64,000 bases of DNA from Escherichia coli (GCF_013122565.1 NZ_CP053258.1); one strand, 5' to 3'. Shown: positions 44,475-55,620, numbered from the stretch's first letter. Notes: a model not told the origin generated them from the letters alone. Program-made: numbers and translations.

Positions 44475-46889
44475 TCACCCCGCAAACTGCCTGAACAGCG
44501 CCTTACCCTTAACCAGTCGCGCACCCAGCCAGCCGCCGCAAAGCGACAGCAGCAGCGCTCCGCTGCACGGCAGAACAATCCACAATCGCCAGTCTGGCTC
44601 CCACGGGAAATCAAACACTTTCGCCTGCAACACTGCCAGCGCCGTTTCCGCACCAATTGCGGCCACCAGGCCAGAAACAAACCCAAGCATGGCGAACTCA
44701 CACCACAATGTCGTGCGCAGCAGCTTTTTCCCCGCACCGAGTGTGCGCCACACCACCAGCTCCTGATGACGCTGACGCATTCCCACCTGCACCTGTGCCA
44801 GCAACAGCAACATACCGCAGGCGGTGACCAGCACCACCATCACCTCCAGCGCCCGACTTACCTGCTCCAGCACCTGACCGACCTGTTTTAAAATCGCGCC
44901 AATGTCTAACAGGCTAATGGTCGGGAACTGGCGGTTGAGTTGCGTCAACATGCCGTTGCCATTCTCCCAGCGGAAACTGGTAAGCCAGCTCTGCGGTTGC
45001 CCGTCTAATGCCCCTTCAGGGAAAATAAAATAGAAATTAGGCCGCAGACTTTCCCAGTCCACTTTGCGCAGGCTGGTCACTTTAGCGCGGAACTCCTGGG
45101 TATCGCCCATAAAAGTCACGGTATCACCGAGGGCAACGTTTAAGCGTTTCGCCAGCCCCTCTTCCATCGACACTTCATCGGCTTTTGGCGGCCAGTTACC
45201 GGCGACAATCGGATTATGATCGGGCCGCGTATTTTGCCAGGTAAGATTGAGTTCGCGGTTAAGCGCCTCATCTTCATTACCTTCTGTCGGCTTATCGTTA
45301 ATCGCCGTCAGCCGCGCCCGCACCACCGGATAAAACGATTCCGGGACTATCTGATGTTCCGCGAGGAACGCTTTTAGCGGTGCTACCTGTTCTGTGGCGA
45401 TGTTAATTAAAAAGTAGTTCGGGCTTTCTGGAGGTAGCTGCTGCTGCCAGCGGTCGAGCAGATCGCCACGCAACACCAGCAGCAGTGCCAGCAGCATAAA
45501 GGAGAGCGAAAATGCCGAAAGCTGGCTTAACGTTGACCACGGCTGACGTAACAGGCGGCTAACCGCCAGGCGCAGAGGCAGCGATTTCAGCGTCATGCGG
45601 CGAAGTACATTCAGCAGCATCCAGCCCAGCACACCGCACAGCAAAGCCAGTACTACCGCGCCCGCCAGCACCGCCCAAAGCAGCATGCTGCCACCCATTA
45701 ATCCGGCGAGCAGCAGCACAACCACCACACTGACAATCGGCAGATAAAACTTCAGCGGCCAGACGTTCGCTACCACATCATTACGCAATACGCGTAAAGG
45801 CTGCGTTGCCAGCAACAAGCGGTACGGTCGTAGCCCCACCAGCAGCGAGATGACTGTCATGGTGCCCAGCGCCCATAGCCACGGCCAGAGGCTGGCAGGC
45901 GGTAGTGCAGCAGGTAGAACGGGCTTGAGCAGCACCATCAACACGTTTTCGAATAACAGGCCTATCGCCCCACCGGTAACGGCTGAAAGCGACAGCACCA
46001 TCAACCACTGACCGACGATTAGCTTACGCAGCTGCACTCGCCCAGCCCCCAGCGTTTTGAGGATCGCCACCAGATCGTAGCGACTGCGACAGTAATGATT
46101 CATCGCCACCGCCACCGCTGCCACTGCCAGCAGCAAGGTTAGAAGCGCAGAAAGCAGCAGGAACTGTTGCGAGCGTTCCATCGATCGCCCCAGCGCGCCT
46201 TCATCCTGTTCCAGACCATACCAGCGTTGTTCGGGTTTAAGCTGAGGTAACAACCATTTCTCATAGCCGTCGAGCTGGTTCTCGTTGCCGCCGAATTTAT
46301 AGCGCCAGGTGACCCGACTCCCCGGCTGCACGGCTCCGGTTTTATCGACATCCGCCAGATTCATCATCAGACGCGGAGCCATCTGGAAGGGGTTAAAACC
46401 GGAATCCGGTTCCTGAATCACTTCTCCGGCAATCCGCAAGGTGGCATCGCCCACGTCAATGGTGTCGCCCGTTTTCAGGTTAAGCAGTGCCATCAGGCGT
46501 GGGGCCAGCAATACGCTGCCCGTCTGTGGTTTCAGGCCGGGGGGATTGGTTTGCAGATCGCCATACATCGGGTAGATATCATCCACCGCTTTGACATTCG
46601 CCAGCTGCGGTGTGTCGCCTGCAAATGTCATGGTGGCGAAAGTCAGCTGCTTGCCGACTTTCAGGCCGCGCTTTTGCGCTTCCTCCAGCCACGCTTGCGG
46701 CACCTCGCGCGAACTGCGTAGCGCCCGGTCGCCCGCCATAAATTCACGGCTTTGCTGGCTTAAGCCTTTTTCCATGCGATCGCTGATATTACCCAGCGCC
46801 AGCACGCAGGCCACCGCCAGGCTTAACGCCAGCCAGACAATCAATAGCGAAGGCGAGCGCCATTCGCGCCAGAACCAGCGTGCAATCAT
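44475..46889 (-). CDS. ybbP: ABC transporter permease YbbP, FtsX-like (804 aa)
   Basis: Large polytopic FtsX/MacB-type permease; 4-nt overlap with ybbA. Confidence 0.92.
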   Translation of the reverse strand: MIARWFWREWRSPSLLIVWLALSLAVACVLALGNISDRMEKGLSQQSREFMAGDRALRSSREVPQAWLEEAQKRGLKVGKQLTFATMTFAGDTPQLANVKAVDDIYPMYGDLQTNPPGLKPQTGSVLLAPRLMALLNLKTGDTIDVGDATLRIAGEVIQEPDSGFNPFQMAPRLMMNLADVDKTGAVQPGSRVTWRYKFGGNENQLDGYEKWLLPQLKPEQRWYGLEQDEGALGRSMERSQQFLLLSALLTLLLAVAAVAVAMNHYCRSRYDLVAILKTLGAGRVQLRKLIVGQWLMVLSLSAVTGGAIGLLFENVLMVLLKPVLPAALPPASLWPWLWALGTMTVISLLVGLRPYRLLLATQPLRVLRNDVVANVWPLKFYLPIVSVVVVLLLAGLMGGSMLLWAVLAGAVVLALLCGVLGWMLLNVLRRMTLKSLPLRLAVSRLLRQPWSTLSQLSAFSLSFMLLALLLVLRGDLLDRWQQQLPPESPNYFLINIATEQVAPLKAFLAEHQIVPESFYPVVRARLTAINDKPTEGNEDEALNRELNLTWQNTRPDHNPIVAGNWPPKADEVSMEEGLAKRLNVALGDTVTFMGDTQEFRAKVTSLRKVDWESLRPNFYFIFPEGALDGQPQSWLTSFRWENGNGMLTQLNRQFPTISLLDIGAILKQVGQVLEQVSRALEVMVVLVTACGMLLLLAQVQVGMRQRHQELVVWRTLGAGKKLLRTTLWCEFAMLGFVSGLVAAIGAETALAVLQAKVFDFPWEPDWRLWIVLPCSGALLLSLCGGWLGARLVKGKALFRQFAG

Positions 46890-47572
46890 GCTTCCTCCTG
46901 CAACTGCCCATTCACCAGCCGTAAGCAGCGGTCGCAGCGTGCCGCCAGTTGCAGGTCGTGGGTCACCATAATCAACGTGGTGCCATGCTCACGGTTGAGG
47001 GAAAACAGCAGGTCGGCAATTTTATCACCCGTCTGGCGGTCAAGGTTACCGGTGGGTTCGTCGGCAAACAGCACATCAGGTCGACCGTTAAAGGCTCGCG
47101 CCAGCGCCACTCGTTGCTGTTCGCCGCCGGAAAGCTGTGCCGGAAGATGATCAAGACGTTTACCCAGCCCTAACTGTTCGAGCAACGCTTTCGCCCCGTT
47201 ACGACTTTCTGTGCTACTCTCACCGCGCAGCAGCGCAGGAAGCTCGACGTTTTCCAGCGCGTTAAGGGTAGGAATTAACATAAACGACTGAAAAACAAAG
47301 CCGACGTGCTTCGCGCGCAACTTTGCCCGCGCTTCTTCGTCCATATTATGTAGCGGTTGTCCCACCAGACTCACTTCGCCACTGCTGCCGTCATCCAGCC
47401 CTGCGAGGATTGCCAGCAAGGTTGACTTACCCGATCCCGACTCGCCCACCAGCGCGATGGTCTCGCCACGTTTGACAACCAGCTCAACTCCGGTGAGGAT
47501 GGAGAGTTCATGCTCCCCCTGACCGACGGACTTCTTAAGATGATGAACTTCAACAATGTTTTCCGCTGGCAT
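46886..47572 (-). CDS. ybbA: ABC transporter ATP-binding protein YbbA (228 aa)
   Basis: Walker A GESGSGKST, ABC signature LSGGEQQR, Walker B. Confidence 0.94.
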   Translation of the reverse strand: MPAENIVEVHHLKKSVGQGEHELSILTGVELVVKRGETIALVGESGSGKSTLLAILAGLDDGSSGEVSLVGQPLHNMDEEARAKLRAKHVGFVFQSFMLIPTLNALENVELPALLRGESSTESRNGAKALLEQLGLGKRLDHLPAQLSGGEQQRVALARAFNGRPDVLFADEPTGNLDRQTGDKIADLLFSLNREHGTTLIMVTHDLQLAARCDRCLRLVNGQLQEEA

Positions 47573-48166
47573 TTGCCCTTCCTGTTCCTGGTCCTGTTAA
47601 CCTTCCGCGCCGCCGCAGCGGACACGTTATTGATTCTGGGTGATAGCCTGAGCGCCGGGTATCGAATGTCTGCCAGCGCGGCCTGGCCTGCCTTGTTGAA
47701 TGATAAGTGGCAGAGTAAAACGTCGGTAGTCAATGCCAGCATCAGCGGCGACACCTCGCAACAAGGGCTGGCGCGCCTTCCGGCTCTGCTGAAACAGCAT
47801 CAGCCGCGTTGGGTGCTGGTTGAACTGGGCGGCAATGACGGTTTGCGTGGTTTTCAGCCACAGCAAACCGAGCAAACGCTGCGCCAGATTTTGCAGGATG
47901 TCAAAGCCGCCAACGCTGAACCATTGTTAATGCAAATACGTCTGCCTGCAAACTATGGTCGCCGTTATAATGAAGCCTTTAGCGCCATTTACCCCAAACT
48001 CGCCAAAGAGTTTGATGTTCCGCTGCTGCCCTTTTTTATGGAAGAGGTCTACCTCAAGCCACAATGGATGCAGGATGACGGTATTCATCCCAACCGCGAC
48101 GCCCAGCCGTTTATTGCCGACTGGATGGCGAAGCAGTTGCAGCCTTTAGTAAATCATGACTCATAA
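47540..48166 (+). CDS. tesA: Acyl-CoA thioesterase I / protease I / lysophospholipase L1 TesA (208 aa)
   Basis: ATG at 47540 (MMNFNNVFRWHL...); SGNH hydrolase GDSLS motif; 5' end overlaps divergent ybbA start by 33 nt. Confidence 0.93.
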   Translation: MMNFNNVFRWHLPFLFLVLLTFRAAAADTLLILGDSLSAGYRMSASAAWPALLNDKWQSKTSVVNASISGDTSQQGLARLPALLKQHQPRWVLVELGGNDGLRGFQPQQTEQTLRQILQDVKAANAEPLLMQIRLPANYGRRYNEAFSAIYPKLAKEFDVPLLPFFMEEVYLKPQWMQDDGIHPNRDAQPFIADWMAKQLQPLVNHDS

Positions 48167-48965
48167 AGCAACGGAGATCCTGACAGGTAAAGTTATGCAA
48201 AAATCGGTCTTAATTACCGGATGTTCCAGTGGAATTGGCCTGGAAAGCGCGCTCGAATTAAAACGCCAGGGTTTTCATGTGCTGGCAGGTTGCCGGAAAC
48301 CGGATGATGTTGAGCGCATGAACAGCATGGGATTTACCGGCGTGTTGATCGATCTGGATTCACCAGAAAGTGTTGATCGCGCAGCCGACGAGGTGATCGC
48401 CCTGACCGATAATTGTCTGTATGGGATCTTTAACAATGCCGGATTCGGCATGTATGGCCCCCTTTCCACCATCAGCCGTGCGCAGATGGAACAGCAGTTT
48501 TCCGCCAACTTTTTCGGCGCACACCAGCTCACCATGCGCCTGTTACCCGCGATGTTACCGCACGGTGAAGGACGTATTGTGATGACCTCATCGGTGATGG
48601 GATTAATCTCCACGCCGGGTCGTGGCGCTTACGCGGCCAGTAAATATGCGCTGGAGGCGTGGTCAGACGCGCTGCGCATGGAGCTGCGCCACAGCGGAAT
48701 TAAAGTCAGCCTGATTGAACCCGGTCCTATTCGTACTCGTTTTACCGACAACGTCAACCAGACGCAAAGTGATAAACCAGTCGAAAATCCCGGCATCGCC
48801 GCTCGCTTTACGTTGGGACCTGAAGCGGTGGTCGACAAAGTGCGCCATGCTTTTATTAGCGAGAAGCCGAAGATGCGCTATCCGGTAACGCTGGTGACCT
48901 GGGCGGTAATGGTGCTCAAGCGCCTGCTGCCGGGGCGCGTGATGGACAAAATATTGCAGGGGTGA
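48156..48965 (+). CDS. ybbO: Short-chain dehydrogenase/reductase YbbO (269 aa)
   Basis: TGxxxGxG cofactor motif (ITGCSSGIGLE) and YxxxK catalytic motif. Confidence 0.92.
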   Translation: MTHKATEILTGKVMQKSVLITGCSSGIGLESALELKRQGFHVLAGCRKPDDVERMNSMGFTGVLIDLDSPESVDRAADEVIALTDNCLYGIFNNAGFGMYGPLSTISRAQMEQQFSANFFGAHQLTMRLLPAMLPHGEGRIVMTSSVMGLISTPGRGAYAASKYALEAWSDALRMELRHSGIKVSLIEPGPIRTRFTDNVNQTQSDKPVENPGIAARFTLGPEAVVDKVRHAFISEKPKMRYPVTLVTWAVMVLKRLLPGRVMDKILQG

Positions 48966-48983
48966 GTTGAAGCGCGCGCTTAA

Positions 48984-49880
<897 letters not shown>

Positions 49881-49912
49881 GCTTCCGTTGATCGACACAT
49901 GAACCACAACGC

Positions 49913-49938
49913 CGGATGCGATGCTGCGCATCCGGCAT
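49913..49938. repeat. REP-like palindrome / terminator between convergent cnoX and fetB
   Basis: gccggatgcgatgctgcgcatccggc perfect inverted repeat. Confidence 0.7.
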
Positions 49939-49942
49939 TGCA

Positions 49943-50722
49943 TCATTTCTTCTTCAATTGCGTCACCACCAACTGGTGGCGCGAATTATAAAACTTACGA
50001 TAGGTTAAATAGCAGGCAATAATGGTCGACAAGCTGGCGGTTGAGAGCAGCATAAAGGTCACCATAATCTGATATTTAATCGCCTTCACCGGATCAATCC
50101 CGGCAAATATCAGCCCGGACATCATTCCTGGTAAACTCACTAAGCCAACCGTTTTTGCTGAATCAACCGTCGGAATTAAAGCCGCGCGAATACTGTCGCG
50201 AATCAATATCGCTGAAGCCTGTTTTGGTGTCGCGCCAAGACTCAGTTTCTCCTGAATCTGTTGCTGTTCGCTAATGACCCGTTGCCCTAAATTGTTGTAA
50301 CACAACCCCACCGCTACCATGGCGTTACCGGCAATCATCCCGGCGATAGGGATCACCTGCATCGGGATAAATTCAATCGACCCTGAGAGAATCAGCACCG
50401 CCAGGGTAATTCCCGCCCCGACCGTAATGGCAATAAACGATGAGATAAAAGCTTTAGCAATATATTTACTGCGTTTTTGCGCGTTCCACGCCGCATTAAA
50501 GCAGATAAATAACACCATCAATAATGTCAGGCTGGCATCATCCACGCTGAAAATATACTTCAGCACATAGCCAACAATAATCAGCTGAATTATCGCGCGC
50601 CCGACGCTCCAGAGAATATCTTTCTCCAGCGCCAGTTTTTCTTTATGGCTAATTAAGATTGCCACCACCACCAGCATTAATGCCAGTGCTAATGATTCGT
50701 TAGTAATATTATGCGAGTTCAT
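49943..50722 (-). CDS. fetB: Iron-export ABC permease FetB/YbbM (259 aa)
   Basis: Start MNSHNITNESL... at 50722; polytopic membrane protein. Confidence 0.9.
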   Translation of the reverse strand: MNSHNITNESLALALMLVVVAILISHKEKLALEKDILWSVGRAIIQLIIVGYVLKYIFSVDDASLTLLMVLFICFNAAWNAQKRSKYIAKAFISSFIAITVGAGITLAVLILSGSIEFIPMQVIPIAGMIAGNAMVAVGLCYNNLGQRVISEQQQIQEKLSLGATPKQASAILIRDSIRAALIPTVDSAKTVGLVSLPGMMSGLIFAGIDPVKAIKYQIMVTFMLLSTASLSTIIACYLTYRKFYNSRHQLVVTQLKKK

Positions 50723-51386
50723 AGCGTGCTTCCTGCATTTCTCCGGCATGCGGTTGCAGTGTAATCACTTTATCCGCATGATTAATTTCGTCTTTATCGT
50801 GTGTCACCCACAGCACGGCAATATTTTGCTCGCGCACATAACGATGGATCATCTCATTGACGTTATGTTTATTACTTTCATCCAGCGCACTGGTGATTTC
50901 ATCCAGCAATAAAACCTTCGGCATAAATTGCAGGTTACGAATCAATGAGATGCGTTGTTTTTCACCACCAGATAGCTCGGCGATATTCTTCGTCAAAATG
51001 CTGTCCGGTAAAGCGAAGCGTTCAAGAAAATCGAGAAAAATGGCTGGGTCAGGCTGCTGGTTACGGATCTGCCAGGGAAAGATCAGATTATCGTATACCG
51101 TATCGCCAAACAGCGTCGGCGTCTGGGCGCAGTAAGAGACTTGCTGACGGTAGATTTCTGGCTTCAGTGTGCTGACATCCTCACCTTCAAACAGTAACGT
51201 TCCGCTGGTTGGGCTGATCAATGAAGCAACTATTTTTAGCAGCGTACTTTTGCCACAACCAGAAGGACCGGTAATTAACTTAAATTCGCCAGCACGCAGC
51301 GAAAAATTGATGTTATTAAGAATCTTCGTATCACCCGCCAGATATCCTACGTTTTGTAGCTGAAGCAAAGGACTATTTTCCTGCAT
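50709..51386 (-). CDS. fetA: Iron-export ABC ATPase FetA/YbbL (225 aa)
   Basis: Walker A GPSGCGKST and ABC signature LSGGEKQR; 14-nt overlap with fetB. Confidence 0.92.
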   Translation of the reverse strand: MQENSPLLQLQNVGYLAGDTKILNNINFSLRAGEFKLITGPSGCGKSTLLKIVASLISPTSGTLLFEGEDVSTLKPEIYRQQVSYCAQTPTLFGDTVYDNLIFPWQIRNQQPDPAIFLDFLERFALPDSILTKNIAELSGGEKQRISLIRNLQFMPKVLLLDEITSALDESNKHNVNEMIHRYVREQNIAVLWVTHDKDEINHADKVITLQPHAGEMQEARYELA

Positions 51387-51531
51387 CGCTGTTCCCTTTT
51401 TCTGATTTTTACTAAAAACAGTTTATCCTTCGCAGGAATCAGGGGGAACTCTCTTTCAGTAATCAGGTATAATTTGTTTAATCAAGCAGCAATTTTGCTG
51501 ATTATGGACGGTACAACAGGAGGTTTTTCCG

Positions 51532-52449
51532 ATGCTTATCTTTATCCCGATTCTCATTTTTGTCGCGCTGGTCATTGTCGGCGCGGGCGTCAAAATCGTG
51601 CCGCAGGGCTATCAATGGACGGTAGAACGTTTTGGTCGCTATACCAAAACGTTACAGCCGGGGCTCAGTCTGGTGGTACCGTTTATGGATCGCATTGGTC
51701 GCAAGATCAATATGATGGAGCAAGTGCTCGATATCCCTTCCCAGGAAGTTATCTCGAAAGATAACGCCAACGTTACCATCGACGCCGTGTGCTTTATTCA
51801 GGTGATTGACGCGCCGCGCGCGGCTTATGAAGTCAGCAATCTGGAGCTGGCGATCATCAACCTGACCATGACTAACATCCGTACCGTGCTGGGTTCAATG
51901 GAACTTGACGAAATGCTCTCTCAGCGCGACAGCATCAACTCACGCCTGCTGCGTATTGTCGATGAAGCCACTAACCCGTGGGGGATTAAAGTCACCCGTA
52001 TTGAAATTCGCGACGTGCGCCCACCGGCAGAGCTTATCTCTTCAATGAACGCGCAGATGAAAGCGGAACGTACCAAACGCGCTTACATCCTCGAAGCGGA
52101 AGGGATCCGTCAGGCGGAAATCCTCAAAGCTGAAGGTGAAAAACAGTCGCAAATCCTGAAAGCGGAAGGCGAACGTCAGTCGGCGTTTTTACAGGCTGAA
52201 GCGCGTGAACGTTCCGCTGAAGCAGAAGCCCGCGCCACCAAAATGGTGTCTGAAGCCATTGCCTCCGGCGATATTCAGGCGGTGAACTACTTCGTCGCAC
52301 AGAAATACACCGAAGCGTTACAGCAGATCGGTTCGTCCAGTAACAGCAAAGTAGTGATGATGCCATTAGAGGCCAGCAGCCTGATGGGGTCGATTGCCGG
52401 GATTGCCGAGCTGGTGAAAGACAGCGCCAACAAGCGGACTCAGCCATGA
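51532..52449 (+). CDS. qmcA: SPFH/band-7 (stomatin-like) membrane protease modulator QmcA (305 aa)
   Basis: N-terminal TM segment, SPFH domain, coiled-coil C-terminus. Confidence 0.93.
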   Translation: MLIFIPILIFVALVIVGAGVKIVPQGYQWTVERFGRYTKTLQPGLSLVVPFMDRIGRKINMMEQVLDIPSQEVISKDNANVTIDAVCFIQVIDAPRAAYEVSNLELAIINLTMTNIRTVLGSMELDEMLSQRDSINSRLLRIVDEATNPWGIKVTRIEIRDVRPPAELISSMNAQMKAERTKRAYILEAEGIRQAEILKAEGEKQSQILKAEGERQSAFLQAEARERSAEAEARATKMVSEAIASGDIQAVNYFVAQKYTEALQQIGSSSNSKVVMMPLEASSLMGSIAGIAELVKDSANKRTQP

Positions 52450-52904
52450 TGGAGTTAATGGTCGTTCATCCACATATTTTCTGGCTCAGTCTCGGCGGGT
52501 TGCTGCTGGCAGCCGAGATGCTGGGCGGAAATGGTTATTTGTTGTGGAGCGGCGTGGCAGCGGTGATTACCGGCCTGGTGGTCTGGCTGGTGCCGCTGGG
52601 TTGGGAGTGGCAAGGGGTGATGTTTGCCATCCTGACGCTGCTCGCCGCCTGGCTGTGGTGGAAATGGTTGTCGCGGCGGGTGCGCGAACAAAAGCACAGC
52701 GACAGTCATTTAAACCAGCGCGGGCAGCAGCTGATTGGCCGACGTTTTGTGCTGGAATCTCCACTGGTCAACGGGCGCGGTCATATGCGCGTCGGCGACA
52801 GTTCATGGCCTGTCAGCGCCAGCGAGGATCTCGGTGCAGGTACGCATGTTGAAGTAATTGCGATAGAAGGGATAACGCTGATCATCCGTGCGGCCATCGC
52901 CTGA
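52446..52904 (+). CDS. ybbJ: NfeD-like membrane protein YbbJ (152 aa)
   Basis: ATGA overlap with qmcA stop; hydrophobic N-terminus plus OB-fold-like C-terminus. Confidence 0.9.
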   Translation: MMELMVVHPHIFWLSLGGLLLAAEMLGGNGYLLWSGVAAVITGLVVWLVPLGWEWQGVMFAILTLLAAWLWWKWLSRRVREQKHSDSHLNQRGQQLIGRRFVLESPLVNGRGHMRVGDSSWPVSASEDLGAGTHVEVIAIEGITLIIRAAIA

Positions 52905-53090
52905 TGCGACGCTGACGCGTCTTATCATGCCTACAAAATATGCCCGAATCGTAGGCCGGATAAGGCGTTTACGCAGCATCCGGCGGTTATGCACCGACGC
53001 CTTATGCGACGCGGGCGCGTCTTATCACGCCTACAAATCTGTGCCCGAATCGTAGGCCGGATAAGGCGCTTGCGCCGCATCCGGCATATA
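52905..53090. repeat. BIME cluster (about four REP units) immediately after ybbJ
   Basis: Repeated gatgcgacgc...gcgtcttatca(t/c)gcctacaaa and cgtaggccggataaggcg...gcatccggc units. Confidence 0.85.
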
Positions 53091-53107
53091 GCCGAGTATA
53101 GGCAAAA

Positions 53108-53470
53108 TTACTCTTCCCGGCCTTTACTCATACTTTTTTGGTCTTCATCCGGATAGTGTTTTTTTAGATATTCCAGGACGTTTTTATTGACCTTGTGTTG
53201 CGTATACACCCACCCTTTCCAGTAATCAGGCTGGTCCAGGTAAACTTCTGGCGGAATGGTGAAATCAGAAAGCGTTAACCATTCGGCTAACAGATCGGGG
53301 TTTCGTTTCTGGATCAACTGCAACAGCATAATCAGCGACATGGCAGAGGCAGGAGCCGTACTATCGCCGCTTAAATACTTCCACACTGTCGACCGGTTCG
53401 AACGAAAAAGGATCGGTAGCAATGCCCGGTCCAGATTCATTTCATTAAAAATCTTCTCAAATTCATTCAT
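53108..53470 (-). CDS. Hypothetical 120-aa protein, possible HTH DNA-binding protein (accessory)
   Basis: ORF with SD AGGA 9 nt upstream; segment RSNRSTVWKYLSG resembles an HTH recognition helix (weak, by eye); divergent from the downstream operon. Confidence 0.6.
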   Translation of the reverse strand: MNEFEKIFNEMNLDRALLPILFRSNRSTVWKYLSGDSTAPASAMSLIMLLQLIQKRNPDLLAEWLTLSDFTIPPEVYLDQPDYWKGWVYTQHKVNKNVLEYLKKHYPDEDQKSMSKGREE

Positions 53471-53836
53471 TTAAATTTTCCTGCCTGGCGTAAACCTCTT
53501 AAAAATTGAGATTTATCAAAGAAACGCATTTTAGCACACATCAGGAACCGCTTCACGTTTAGTCCAGAAACAGAATTTATTTCGCTTATCAAAACAAGTC
53601 TTTACTCTTTTTTACATTGAAAGAGCACGAAATGATTTCCTTTTTTATTTATAAAAGAAACACTTTTTGTTTCTTATTGGTGGTGTTTACGCTTACACCA
53701 AACAAAAATGCGCTTTACATCACACAAATGGCGGCGTAGATTTCGATCAAATTGCAACGTAGTTTATTTCTTAAAACAATATTATTAGTTTCTTATAGAA
53801 ACATTAATGCGACTTATTTTGATCGAGAGAAAATGA

Positions 53837-54853
53837 ATGAAAACTGTAAACGTAGCTTTACTGGCACTCATAATTTCAGCAACATCCAGCCCTGTTGTTT
53901 TAGCTGGTGATACCATTGAAGCGGCGGCAACAGAGCTTTCAGCCATTAACTCGGGCATGTCGCAATCGGAGATTGAGCAGAAGATTACCCGCTTTTTAGA
54001 ACGCACCGACAACAGCCCCGCTGCATATACCTATTTGACTGAACATCACTACATCCCTTCTGAAACACCTGATACCACTCAGACTCCCCCTGTCCAGACA
54101 GATCCTGACGCAGGACAAAAAACCGTTGCCGCTACAGGTGATGTACAGACAACCGCCCGTTATCAGAGCATGATCAACGCCCGACAGTCTGCGGTAACTG
54201 ATGCCCAGCAAACGCAAATTACAGAGCAACAGGCGCAGATCGTAGCCACACAAAAAACGCTCGCCGCGACTGGAGATACGCAAAATACTGCGCATTATCA
54301 GGAGATGATTAATGCCAGACTGGCGGCTCAAAATGAGGCTAATCAGCGCACTACCACGGAACAAGGGCAGAAAATGAATGCACTGACAACCGATGTGGCA
54401 GCACAACAGCAAAAAGAAAGGGCTCAATACGATAAACAAATGCAAAGTCTGGCGCAGAAGTCTGTCCAGGCACATGAGCAAATTGAAAGTCTGAGACAAG
54501 ATTCCGCACAAACGCAGCAACAGTTAACCAACACGCAAAAACGGGTCGCAGATAACAGCCAACAAATTAACACGCTCAATAACCATTTCGATTCTCTGAA
54601 AAACGAAGTTGAGGACAATCGTAAAGAAGCCAATGCGGGAACTGCATCTGCCATCGCTATCGCCTCACAACCACAGGTGAAAACCGGTGACTTGATGATG
54701 GTGTCAGCGGGAGCGGGAACGTTCAACGGTGAATCTGCGGTGTCTGTAGGAACATCTTTTAATGCCGGAACGCATACGGTACTTAAAGCAGGTATTTCTG
54801 CGGATACACAATCTGATTTCGGTGCGGGTGTCGGCGTGGGATATTCGTTCTAA
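53837..54853 (+). CDS. Short trimeric-autotransporter-like outer-membrane protein (338 aa)
   Basis: Signal peptide MKTVNVALLALIISATSSPVVLA; Q/T-rich coiled-coil passenger with two imperfect 45-aa tandem repeats; C-terminal ~70 aa match the YadA-type anchor (AGTASAIAIASQPQ ... GAGVGVGYSF). Confidence 0.8.
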   Translation: MKTVNVALLALIISATSSPVVLAGDTIEAAATELSAINSGMSQSEIEQKITRFLERTDNSPAAYTYLTEHHYIPSETPDTTQTPPVQTDPDAGQKTVAATGDVQTTARYQSMINARQSAVTDAQQTQITEQQAQIVATQKTLAATGDTQNTAHYQEMINARLAAQNEANQRTTTEQGQKMNALTTDVAAQQQKERAQYDKQMQSLAQKSVQAHEQIESLRQDSAQTQQQLTNTQKRVADNSQQINTLNNHFDSLKNEVEDNRKEANAGTASAIAIASQPQVKTGDLMMVSAGAGTFNGESAVSVGTSFNAGTHTVLKAGISADTQSDFGAGVGVGYSF

Positions 54854-54906
54854 TTTTAACAGCAATTTCTTATTCGCAATTTTCCGCACATTATTTAAGG
54901 TTAACA

Positions 54907-55329
54907 ATGATGAATAGCTCCATTAAATCGTTTTCCCTGCTGGCGGTTATATTACTGGCTGGCTGTAGTTCACCCACTTCCCGCATCGCAGATTGCCAGG
55001 CGCAGGGCGTCAGTCATGACACCTGTTATCTCGCAGAACAGCAGCGTCAGACGGCTATTTTAAGTGCATCCGAGGCGCAGGCATTTAAAAATGCAGAAGC
55101 CGCACAACATGCCCAGGCGGCAAAGAAAGCCATTTATAAAGGATTTGGCGTCACCTTCAGAATGAGCAGTAAGGACTTTGCTTATCTCAATGATTCATTA
55201 TGTGCCATAGATGAGGATAATGCCGATGCCACGGTTTATCAGTCGGGTCTGTATAACGTCATTGTTTATCATCACACAGGAAAAATCGCCTTAATGAAAG
55301 AAGGCCAGTTTGTGGGCTATTTAAAATGA
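54907..55329 (+). CDS. Hypothetical lipoprotein (140 aa)
   Basis: Signal peptide with lipobox LLAGC; four Cys in the mature part. Confidence 0.75.
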   Translation: MMNSSIKSFSLLAVILLAGCSSPTSRIADCQAQGVSHDTCYLAEQQRQTAILSASEAQAFKNAEAAQHAQAAKKAIYKGFGVTFRMSSKDFAYLNDSLCAIDEDNADATVYQSGLYNVIVYHHTGKIALMKEGQFVGYLK

Positions 55330-55532
55330 AGGAGCAAAGGAAAATACCCCTGACGCACATTATGATTATCGGTGCGTTTATTTTTGCCTTCTTGCAAGTG
55401 GTGTTATTAGCCTCCCTGGTTCACGCTGTGAATGTTAACAACGAAATCCAGGAAGGCTTATTTCAGTCGGGGCGCATTATGGTAGAAAGTTTGCAGCATA
55501 TTCTTTCGGTGCAAACGGGGATTAATGGGTAA
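55326..55532 (+). CDS. Hypothetical small membrane protein (68 aa)
   Basis: ATGA overlap with upstream stop; one TM helix IMIIGAFIFAFLQVVLLASLVHAV; no independent SD. Confidence 0.5.
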   Translation: MKEQRKIPLTHIMIIGAFIFAFLQVVLLASLVHAVNVNNEIQEGLFQSGRIMVESLQHILSVQTGING

Positions 55533-55620
55533 GGATACCGTTACCATTTCCAGAGCAATAGTCACCAGCGTAATTTTCTGGCACAGTTCAGGGTTCTGAA
55601 TATTCGGCTAAGGAGTGGCC

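Noticed and set aside
52905-53090. Possible CRISPR-like array of short repeats after ybbJ
   Set aside because: The units are imperfect REP palindromes (BIME) with variable spacing and internal dyad symmetry, not constant-length direct repeats with unique spacers; no cas genes nearby.
54907-55329. SadB-like helper lipoprotein for the TAA-like protein
   Set aside because: Only gene context and a lipobox support this; I see no sequence similarity by eye, so it stays a generic hypothetical lipoprotein.
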